Below are positions 56,503 through 64,000 of a stretch of DNA of 64,000 bases, one piece after another. The translations under genes and the position numbers were made by a program. The notes below the pieces were generated by a model. The model saw only the letters and a list, made by a program, of their open reading frames with translations, ran no database searches and was not told the DNA's origin. The stretch comes from a virus. Each line of letters opens with the position of its first letter. The stretch's first letter is position 1. The stretch lies in the IMG/VR virus record IMGVR_UViG_3300035396_000367, positions 27,738-91,737 of that record; one strand, given 5' to 3'.

Positions 56503-57764
56503 CGTATATCCCTGACGATGTTACAGCAGAAAATTTCCTCGAAGACAAGGATTATTTTGTTAAGCGCAAAACTATTGTACCATCTGAGGACCAAGAGAAA
56601 AGTATAAAAGCTTTCGACTCTTGGTACACTGACGGTAAGAAACCTCTGTTTGCTTTAGCTGGATTCGCAGGGTGCGGAAAAACGACCGTAGTTGCAATGC
56701 TCAGGGATTTGATACACGGACCTGTTGCGTACATGGCTTTCACGGGTAAAGCCGTCTCTGTGCTTCGTTCAAAATTAGCTGCTGCCGGTGCTTTATCCGA
56801 TGAAGACTATACAGGTACAATCCATAGTTTAATCTACAAACCTCAGACAGATGCGTATGGTAACCTTGTGTTTGTCTTACGCGGGCGCGATGAGATAGAA
56901 CCCTTTTCTCTATTCGTTTTAGACGAGGGCTCTATGATTGGTACAAATTTACTCGAGGATGTTTTATCCTTTGACGTACCGGTTTTACTCGTAGGTGATA
57001 ACGGCCAGTTAGACCCTGTGTCTGATTCTGCTCATAAGTATTTACTTCACCCTGACACTCAGCTTACACAGATACATCGACAAGCTGAGGATAATCCAAT
57101 CATTCGGCTCTCCCGCGATATTCGAGAGGGTAGACAGTTTTTCTTCGGAAAATATTCCGATAACATCGGTATTTTTAAACGTAAGTCTCCTGAAGCTGAA
57201 TCAGTAATTGCTGATAATATGCAAAGGTATGACATTGCAAATGATATTTTTCTATGCGGGTACAATAGAACTCGCGTTGCTTATAACACCAGGATCCGTA
57301 TGGCTCTTGGCTTTAATTCACCTGATCCGCAAGTCGGGGATAAGGTGATCTGTCTTAAAAACAACCAAAGGATACAGGTATTCAACGGCAATATTTGCAT
57401 AGTACACGAAGCCATTACAGACATTCATAAGTCATTTACCAGGTATGTGTCAGCACCACCGCCATTTAAACCAATTCATCTGAAGGTTGCTTTTGAGGAT
57501 CGGGAGTTTGGTCTCGATTGTATGCTAAACCAATTTAATACTGAAAAAACAATGATGGACGAATCTACTCAGATACAGAAAAGTTGCGGAGTTGGTATCA
57601 ACCTTTTCGATTATGGCTACTGCATAAGTACCCATAAAAGTCAGGGCTCTGAGTACAAACACGTAAATGTCATAGTCGAACAAAATCCAAAATTGTGGTC
57701 AGGAACTAAATGGTTGTATACAGCAATTACCAGAGCGTCAGATTCTTTAAATCTTTTCTTTTAA
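56499..57764 (+). CDS. Dda/RecD-like SF1B helicase (421 aa)
   Basis: GFAGCGKTT, AFTGKA, TIHSLIY, LDEGSM, GDNGQLDPV, IHRQ, HKSQGSEY, LYTAITRA. Confidence 0.92.
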   Translation: MTYIPDDVTAENFLEDKDYFVKRKTIVPSEDQEKSIKAFDSWYTDGKKPLFALAGFAGCGKTTVVAMLRDLIHGPVAYMAFTGKAVSVLRSKLAAAGALSDEDYTGTIHSLIYKPQTDAYGNLVFVLRGRDEIEPFSLFVLDEGSMIGTNLLEDVLSFDVPVLLVGDNGQLDPVSDSAHKYLLHPDTQLTQIHRQAEDNPIIRLSRDIREGRQFFFGKYSDNIGIFKRKSPEAESVIADNMQRYDIANDIFLCGYNRTRVAYNTRIRMALGFNSPDPQVGDKVICLKNNQRIQVFNGNICIVHEAITDIHKSFTRYVSAPPPFKPIHLKVAFEDREFGLDCMLNQFNTEKTMMDESTQIQKSCGVGINLFDYGYCISTHKSQGSEYKHVNVIVEQNPKLWSGTKWLYTAITRASDSLNLFF

Positions 57765-57767
57765 AGA

Positions 57768-58172
57768 ATGGACAAAGTCGACTATGCTGTTGTAACCGGC
57801 ATATATCCAGAGGAGTGGGTGAAGGAACTCCTAACTATTTGCCACGCGATAAAACCTGAACTTATGGGGCCTAAACTCCTTTTGTTCAGAAATTATTTCG
57901 TTTCATTAAAGAGCAACTACTGGGGAACACCTTATAACGAAATTGTAAAATACATAGTTGATTATTACGGTACAGGCTTTATTCCGAAACTCGTGTTCAA
58001 TGCGGGTGGAAATAGGTTCCATCTCAACGACACCTTCGTTAACGTGAATAATGTTATAATATACCGGTCAGATGTGTCGTATCTGAAGCAGCTACTGTGT
58101 GATATCCACAGGGAGTATCAGGCCGACTTTCACGCCTTGGCGTGCAGTATCATAAACTTAAAAAATAATTGA
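57768..58172 (+). CDS. Hypothetical protein (134 aa)
   Basis: Tightly packed ORF in operon. Confidence 0.6.
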   Translation: MDKVDYAVVTGIYPEEWVKELLTICHAIKPELMGPKLLLFRNYFVSLKSNYWGTPYNEIVKYIVDYYGTGFIPKLVFNAGGNRFHLNDTFVNVNNVIIYRSDVSYLKQLLCDIHREYQADFHALACSIINLKNN

Positions 58173-58179
58173 GGAAAAC

Positions 58180-58398
58180 TTGGAAAATTTATCTAGAGCA
58201 CAACAGTACCTTGTTAAAAAAATGAAGGAAGGTTCTGTTTTAATTTTTAAAAATCAAAGCAAGTTTGTATTAGAAACAGGCAAAACTTCGGAAGAAATTA
58301 AACCGAAGCATGTCGACAAACTGGTAAAGGACGGTATACTAAACAGGCAGGTAACAGGAAAGGACATTATATATTCGTTAGTCAAAAATGCCGCATGA
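58180..58398 (+). CDS. Small basic protein, possible winged helix (72 aa)
   Basis: GAGGA RBS, TTG start; HVDKLVKDGIL..IIYSL. Confidence 0.6.
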   Translation: MENLSRAQQYLVKKMKEGSVLIFKNQSKFVLETGKTSEEIKPKHVDKLVKDGILNRQVTGKDIIYSLVKNAA

Positions 58399-58681
58399 GC
58401 GTATGCTGTCTCAATCCGAAATAGACAAGTTTACGAAAGCCAGCCAGCTTATTGACGAAGTCGAAGGTAGAACTATACCCAAACGGAAAACTACTGAAAT
58501 CAAAGCACCGATTAAACAGAGTGTTGTTTCAGTACCAAGACTATCGAGACGACCCGATAGAGATACAAGGTACATATGTGCGTGTTCCTGGAAATTCTGC
58601 GACAAGGTAAGTCTATTAACCCAAACCGGCAAAAAATATTTAGTACATTGTAAGGAGTGTGGCACCTATGCTGCGATATGA
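58388..58681 (+). CDS. Zn-ribbon protein (97 aa)
   Basis: YICACSWKFC...VHCKECG. Confidence 0.6.
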   Translation: MPHERMLSQSEIDKFTKASQLIDEVEGRTIPKRKTTEIKAPIKQSVVSVPRLSRRPDRDTRYICACSWKFCDKVSLLTQTGKKYLVHCKECGTYAAI

Positions 58682-59408
58682 ACCACTTGAAATAACCTGC
58701 TTTAAAGATCTAACATTCGACGAACCTAACCACAGGTACTTCTACGCAGGTTACGAGTTAATTTCCGTCACCACTGTTATAAAAGAATTTCACGAGAAAT
58801 TCGACCCGGAAGTACGGTCTAAAAACTGTTCGCTGCAGCGGAAAGGGTTTCATCCCGACTGGATAATGCAGCTATGGGAATGCAATAAGATATTCAAAGG
58901 CATTCGTGGAACAGAGTTCCACCTTTACGCGGAGGTTTTCCTCAAGTCAGGCCTTAAACTTCCATTCAACACGCCTATTGCGCACCGTGTCGTTCAGTTT
59001 CATAAATTCATTGCTGCCATACCAAACCTTAAACCGGTAGCGATAGAGCTAAGAATTTTCTCTACTCGGTGGAAAGTTGCAGGTACTATCGACAATATTT
59101 TCCAGGATATTAACACTGGGCTCTACTATATCATTGACTGGAAGACTGATGATACAATGGAGTACGTTGGTTTTGATAATAAAATGATGTTTGAGCCTTT
59201 TCAGAACTTACCAGACTCAAACTTCTATCATCACTGCGTACAACAAAATATTTACAAACACATCATAGAAGAATATGTCGGTATTAAAATATCTGACTGT
59301 TTTCTGGCGCATTTCCCTATGGAGGAGAAATTTGACATACTTAAGTGTATTGAAATAGACAGATCAATCTTCGATGATGCCTTTGTTAAACTTGGAAAAA
59401 AACTATGA
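58668..59408 (+). CDS. PD-(D/E)XK (RecB-family) exonuclease
   Basis: FDEPNHRY, SVTTVI, RGTEFH, AIELRI, AGTID, IIDWKT, QQNIY; ATG 58668 follows AAGGAG. Confidence 0.88.
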   Translation: MLRYEPLEITCFKDLTFDEPNHRYFYAGYELISVTTVIKEFHEKFDPEVRSKNCSLQRKGFHPDWIMQLWECNKIFKGIRGTEFHLYAEVFLKSGLKLPFNTPIAHRVVQFHKFIAAIPNLKPVAIELRIFSTRWKVAGTIDNIFQDINTGLYYIIDWKTDDTMEYVGFDNKMMFEPFQNLPDSNFYHHCVQQNIYKHIIEEYVGIKISDCFLAHFPMEEKFDILKCIEIDRSIFDDAFVKLGKKL

Positions 59409-59983
59409 TTAGAAAATTTCTATTGTTAACACTCCTGCTTGTGTTATTTGTCCCTGCTCCTAGCTATGACTTTTCAGGTGTTCAAGAAACAATTGATAAG
59501 CATGTAAAACCTAGATGCTGGTTCTTAGATAGGTTAGCCTATGTAGAATCAGAGAATAGAGACAATGCTGTTAATGCAAAAACAGGTGCAATCGGACGGT
59601 ATCAAATAAAACCAGGACATGACGGTGCTTTAGAGTATTACAATACTTTCAACCCCTCTGTTCGTTCCGGGAAGAGAAAACCTTACACGAAGCAAGACCT
59701 TTTCATACCTGCGGTAAATAAGAGAATAGCAATATTCGACTTAAATACTTCATATCATTACTTCTCTAAAATGTACCCGAGTATACCAAGCCGGCATATC
59801 GACATTTTCGTAGCGAATGCCCATAATGCCGGAAGAACAGGTACTGAAAATGGTGACATTTTAAAAAAGTATCTAACTGGTATTTTCGGTGAAGTTGTAG
59901 TGTTTGAATTTTTAACACACGCTTACTCAACAAATTTGTTAGGAAGTTTAGATGAATTTCGTACTATATACGTAAGGAATTAA
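59405..59983 (+). CDS. Lytic transglycosylase (SLT/lysozyme-like) with signal peptide (192 aa)
   Basis: MIRKFLLLTLLLVLFVPAPS signal; YVES catalytic Glu, GAIGRYQI, AHNAG. Confidence 0.78.
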   Translation: MIRKFLLLTLLLVLFVPAPSYDFSGVQETIDKHVKPRCWFLDRLAYVESENRDNAVNAKTGAIGRYQIKPGHDGALEYYNTFNPSVRSGKRKPYTKQDLFIPAVNKRIAIFDLNTSYHYFSKMYPSIPSRHIDIFVANAHNAGRTGTENGDILKKYLTGIFGEVVVFEFLTHAYSTNLLGSLDEFRTIYVRN

Positions 59984-59986
59984 ACC

Positions 59987-60310
59987 ATGCGACATATAGT
60001 AAAAATGATTATAAGCCTAATCTTTTCAGTCAAACTTTTTAACAGAAAGGTTTCCGATGGAGACACACTATTCCTATTTATGAATAAAGAGGATAGACCT
60101 AAGTTCGCAAGGTTTTTCAATAACTTTTACAAAGGAAAGCATTTAAGTGTTTTCGGTAAAACAATCGGTAACGTAATACTTTTGGAAAAAGGTACTAGCA
60201 TACAGTCAGTAAGCATAGAACATTTAAAGTTAATGCTTGAAAACGCTGAACTAGCAAAAAGCATTTCTGAAAAGCTAAATGAGTTAGAAAAAAACACTGT
60301 CAGAAAATAA
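59987..60310 (+). CDS. Hypothetical protein (107 aa)
   Basis: AAGGA RBS, packed in operon. Confidence 0.6.
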   Translation: MRHIVKMIISLIFSVKLFNRKVSDGDTLFLFMNKEDRPKFARFFNNFYKGKHLSVFGKTIGNVILLEKGTSIQSVSIEHLKLMLENAELAKSISEKLNELEKNTVRK

Positions 60311-60312
60311 TA

Positions 60313-62271
60313 ATGAGCCATACACAAAGCCAATTAAAAGTTATCGAAGCTACCACAGGTGCTCATTTAGTTCTTGCTGCGCCAGGTAGTGGAAAGACGT
60401 ACTCAGTAACTGAACGAATCGTAGCAATGATTGCAAAGGGTATCCGGGCTTCGGATATCCTAGCAGTTACTTTTACTAAGAAAGCAGCCACAGAGATGTA
60501 CGAGCGCGTGTCCGCACGCGTAGGTAAGACTGACGCTACAATAACAACTTTCCATTCACTTGCTTTTTCCATATTCAAAAACTACAGTAACGATATCGGT
60601 TTCTCTAAATGTGACATTGTTTACCCAGACTATGTTGCTGATAAACTGGTAGAGCTGCACCCATTCTTTGAAGGTGGCCATGAAAGTTTAGATAAAGATG
60701 CAGTCAACGCTATATCAAAACTCTCATATAAATTCTCTGACCTTAAAAAGAATTACATGGACCCGGAAGAGTATTTACCTGCTGAAGAGTTTGAGATTTA
60801 CGACCGGTTAGAAAAGTACATGATGAAAACCGGTAAGATTACTTTCGACGATATGATTTATTACGTCTGCAAGTTATTCGACATGCGTCCAGACATACTT
60901 AATACTGTCCGAGAGAAGTACAAGTACATTATTATTGACGAGGCCCAGGACACAAACATTTCCCAGTTCGTTATGGTTTACGGTTTAAACCACACAGGGA
61001 ATATAATGATCGTCGGGGACCCACTTCAGGCAATCTACCGCTTTCAAAGTGCCAATGTCGAAAATATTATGGATTTCGAGAAACGATTACAACCAACTGT
61101 TCATAACTTGGACACTTGCTTCAGGTGTAGTCCTGAAATTTTAAAGTGTGTGAATCACGTAATGTCTTACTCACTTTACGATTCCGATTACAAGATACCA
61201 ATTGCTTCTGCTAATAAAAACTGCAGCAAACCTATCTTTGTAATGTTCCGCGACAGCTTCGAGCAAGCCAGTGCTATTGGTGATACTATAAACTCGTATG
61301 TCCGTTCCGGGAAGTACAAGTTCAAAGATTTCGCTGTACTGTATCGAAACAATTCAAACTCTATGGAGTTTGAGCAAGTGTTCTTACAGAAGGGAATCCC
61401 ATACGATGTTAAGTCAGGAAATTTTATTGATAGGAAAGAGATTCGTTTAATACTATCCTGTCTTAAACTTGGCTCTAACCAGTACCGTGATGAACTCATC
61501 TCAAACTACGTGAACATATGTAAGTTTTTCAACACCGGCATTCAGAACAAAATTCTTTACGCTGTTTTCTCAGAAGCCAACTCCTCCGGCACATCATTTG
61601 AAGAGGTAGTTGAAACTACTGCTAAAAAGATAAATGGAATCGGACCTAAACGTCTCGCTGCACTGAAAGATTTCTGTGATGTTATTGGAAGAATCCGCTC
61701 TACTGCTTCCGGCATAACCCGAGACTTATCTCCGATGATTGCGTGTATAGAACCAATACTCTCACAGTACTCAGCGAGTAAAGAAGAGTGCTTCCAAAGG
61801 CTAGAGAACCTTGAAGTATTCAAATCTATATTTGACAGGTTTTATAAAAATGCACCTAACAATGCAAAGCTAAATGATTTCATAAACCATTTAATGACTA
61901 TTTTCTCTGACGATAAAGAGGAAGACGATGATGATAACAAAGTTGTACTATCCACTATGCACTCGTTTAAAGGTTTGGAAAAGCCTTGCGTATTCGTTGT
62001 AAATGTCAGGGACGGTGTAATGCCACGCATACCTACTGCAGACAGAGATGAAATAACAGATGAACTGAATTTGTTTTATGTTGCACTCTCTCGGGCTAAA
62101 GTAGAACTGTTTGTTTCTGCCCCATACGAAATGATTACACACTTTTGGAAAGAGACATCTTTCTCGCTACTTAGGCTTTTCTTAAACACGGATTGTTTAC
62201 AAGGCGTACAGCAGTACAAGGAAGTTATTGGACGTGTATCCACGCCATTCTCGGAGGCTTTACAATGCTAA
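60313..62271 (+). CDS. uvrD: UvrD/PcrA-like SF1A helicase (652 aa)
   Basis: AAPGSGKT, VTFTKKAA, TFHSL, IDEAQD, GDPLQAIYRF, AVLYRNN, STMHSFKGLE, LFYVALSRA. Confidence 0.93.
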   Translation: MSHTQSQLKVIEATTGAHLVLAAPGSGKTYSVTERIVAMIAKGIRASDILAVTFTKKAATEMYERVSARVGKTDATITTFHSLAFSIFKNYSNDIGFSKCDIVYPDYVADKLVELHPFFEGGHESLDKDAVNAISKLSYKFSDLKKNYMDPEEYLPAEEFEIYDRLEKYMMKTGKITFDDMIYYVCKLFDMRPDILNTVREKYKYIIIDEAQDTNISQFVMVYGLNHTGNIMIVGDPLQAIYRFQSANVENIMDFEKRLQPTVHNLDTCFRCSPEILKCVNHVMSYSLYDSDYKIPIASANKNCSKPIFVMFRDSFEQASAIGDTINSYVRSGKYKFKDFAVLYRNNSNSMEFEQVFLQKGIPYDVKSGNFIDRKEIRLILSCLKLGSNQYRDELISNYVNICKFFNTGIQNKILYAVFSEANSSGTSFEEVVETTAKKINGIGPKRLAALKDFCDVIGRIRSTASGITRDLSPMIACIEPILSQYSASKEECFQRLENLEVFKSIFDRFYKNAPNNAKLNDFINHLMTIFSDDKEEDDDDNKVVLSTMHSFKGLEKPCVFVVNVRDGVMPRIPTADRDEITDELNLFYVALSRAKVELFVSAPYEMITHFWKETSFSLLRLFLNTDCLQGVQQYKEVIGRVSTPFSEALQC

Positions 62272-62378
62272 AAGGTTGGGATTGGGTACATAGAAATGTT
62301 CGTGTTTATAAAACACCAGGCTTTTTTAGAAAACTATTAAATAAAATTTATAAACTAATATTCAGGATATTCGAATGA
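62265..62378 (+). CDS. Small cationic amphipathic peptide (37 aa)
   Basis: GGAGG RBS 7 nt before ATG 62265; bridges uvrD and mazG with ATGA overlap. Confidence 0.55.
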   Translation: MLKGWDWVHRNVRVYKTPGFFRKLLNKIYKLIFRIFE

Positions 62379-62995
62379 ACAAATTAGACATACACCGCGC
62401 TATTGAACACACAAACAAAACTGCTGATTTCCCTTCCGTATACACAAAAAGCGGTATTGAGATAAAGTCTCTTTACCCTATCTTCGGTCTGTGTAACGAG
62501 TTCGAGGAGATGCGTGAAAAGATGTATAAGTCTCCGAACAGTTTCGGTGATGAAATTATGGACGAAGCAGGTGATGTAACTTGGTATTTACTCCAGGTAA
62601 TGGACAAGTTAAAACTCAACACTGCTCGTATCAGTTCTATCTACGAATCCACGTTACATAACGGACTTCCCGTATTCAATTTCAGAGTACACAATTACAT
62701 GTGCATCATTGACGAAATAGGTTTCATGATTGGATCTGTGTACGGCCGGTTAAAGAAAGTTTTACGTGACACTGATTTTGACACGAAAGGATTTACTGCA
62801 GCTGAAGCGTACATATCAGTTATAGAAGAAAACTTAGGTAAGATATTTGCAGCTTTACACGTTTTCTTAGAAACTGTTTACGACAGAGAAGACGAGTACA
62901 CGGCTGTAATCGTAACGTGCCATACCCGAAATTATGCGAAGTTAATGGCAAGGAAAGAACAAGGTAAAATTAAAGGCGAAGGAGATTACAGATGA
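62375..62995 (+). CDS. MazG-like NTP pyrophosphohydrolase (206 aa)
   Basis: GLCNEFEEMREK, DEAGDVTWY, C-terminal KL..RKEQGKIKGEGDYR. Confidence 0.75.
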   Translation: MNKLDIHRAIEHTNKTADFPSVYTKSGIEIKSLYPIFGLCNEFEEMREKMYKSPNSFGDEIMDEAGDVTWYLLQVMDKLKLNTARISSIYESTLHNGLPVFNFRVHNYMCIIDEIGFMIGSVYGRLKKVLRDTDFDTKGFTAAEAYISVIEENLGKIFAALHVFLETVYDREDEYTAVIVTCHTRNYAKLMARKEQGKIKGEGDYR

Positions 62996-64000
62996 ATGTA
63001 AAATTATGGAGAAAAACAGTTGGAGGAAATGACCAGTGGTACCTCCTTTATACCAACGGTGCAGAGTTAATAACCAAGTGGTGTGTCAAAGATGGAGGTG
63101 AGATTCAACGCACTTCCAAAATATGTACCGGCACAAACACGGGTAAAGCCAACGAAAAGACACCGGAACAACAAGCTGAGCTTGAGCTCATTGCTAAAGT
63201 AACAAAGTTAAAAAAGGAAGGTTACGTATCTGAGAAAGAAGAAATGACTGATGTAAAAGGTGTCGTTCTTTTATCTGAACTCCCCGAGTCATTCTGTCCT
63301 TCAAAACCGGTAAGTGACGCACCTGATTCTGTTTTAAAAAACAAAGCGATGTATGCTCAGCGGAAAAGTAATGGGTACTGCGTATTCTTTGTTAAAGACA
63401 TCAACGGTAATGAGAAGTTTCTTTCCCGTGGCATGGAGTCTCTTAAACCTGTTTATGAAGCACTCCCATTTATTCGAAACTACTTCCAGCGAATTAAGCC
63501 TGGCCAGTTCGTTATGACTGAGCTTGTGTGTAAAGACTCTACCGGAGTTGAGCGTCACAAAAACGTTGGCAGCATTATACGTACTTTAAACCCTACTGAA
63601 ATTTTGACAAAGTACCACAAATTTATTGACTCTGGTTGTACATTTTCCATCCAGCCTTTTGACATTATCTTTAACGACGATGTATTCGTTGGTAACACCG
63701 ACTATCTCGACAGGTACTCGATACTGAAAGAGACAGGTCTTGAGCCACCAGAGATTATCAGTTATGAAAAATGGGCAGACGAGTGTTACCGTGAAACGTG
63801 TAAGTCTCTTGGGTGGGAAGGATTTGTTCTTCGAATACCCGGTGAAAAGAGCTGGATTGAGTACACACTAAATGGTAAGCCGACTCGTAAAGGGTCCTGG
63901 AAGGATGTATTCGTCAAGCGTGCATTCGCTTACGTATCTAAAGCAAACATGGGTAAGTCTGGAAAGCACGCCGGTTTCTACGCTCAGTTCGAGACTAACC
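62992..64000 (+). CDS. ATP-dependent DNA ligase (3' end runs off the window)
   Basis: Not in the track. ATG 62992; N-terminal GTNTGKANEKTPEQQA..KKEGY; motif I QRKSNG, FLSRG, III TELV, IIIa FDII, IV WEGFVLR. Confidence 0.82.
   Translation, partial: MNVKLWRKTVGGNDQWYLLYTNGAELITKWCVKDGGEIQRTSKICTGTNTGKANEKTPEQQAELELIAKVTKLKKEGYVSEKEEMTDVKGVVLLSELPESFCPSKPVSDAPDSVLKNKAMYAQRKSNGYCVFFVKDINGNEKFLSRGMESLKPVYEALPFIRNYFQRIKPGQFVMTELVCKDSTGVERHKNVGSIIRTLNPTEILTKYHKFIDSGCTFSIQPFDIIFNDDVFVGNTDYLDRYSILKETGLEPPEIISYEKWADECYRETCKSLGWEGFVLRIPGEKSWIEYTLNGKPTRKGSWKDVFVKRAFAYVSKANMGKSGKHAGFYAQFETN

Noticed and set aside
58668-59408. Cas4 call for the exonuclease
   Set aside because: Lacks the C-terminal CxxC...C Fe-S cluster motif.
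1-64000. tRNAs, introns/inteins, DGR or retron RT, stop-codon recoding, tail sheath
   Set aside because: None recognised by eye; genes are contiguous under the standard code and end in TAA, TGA and TAG. tRNAscan/Infernal were not run.

Overview
A 64-kb segment of a large tailed dsDNA phage genome, probably with a long non-contractile tail (no sheath gene seen); gene order resembles the SPbeta-type head module. Bases 1-53499 are one minus-strand morphogenesis operon. In transcription order it encodes a 2-TM membrane protein, a membrane-anchored protein, an actin-like ATPase, terminase, portal, protease/scaffold, decoration protein, major capsid, neck proteins, tail tube, two paralogous chaperones, a ~6,930-aa tape measure protein, a Dit-like protein, a 2,798-aa hub with ~13-14 CBM5/12-like repeats, and fibres. 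A divergent control region (53500-54291) holds sigma70-type promoters and a cluster of GAA-loop DNA hairpins. The plus strand (54292-64000) carries early/replication genes: a degenerate IS607-TnpA-like HTH protein, ParB-like protein, Dda-like and UvrD helicases, a PD-(D/E)XK exonuclease, a lytic transglycosylase, MazG and an ATP-dependent ligase. Most notable: a RecB-family nuclease domain inside the giant tape measure protein; an actin-like ATPase plus membrane partners heading the late operon; five sheared-G.A DNA hairpins between the divergent promoters; and five copies of a 17-bp palindrome in and after the TnpA-like gene, just upstream of parB. All calls come from reading motifs and synteny by eye; no searches were run.
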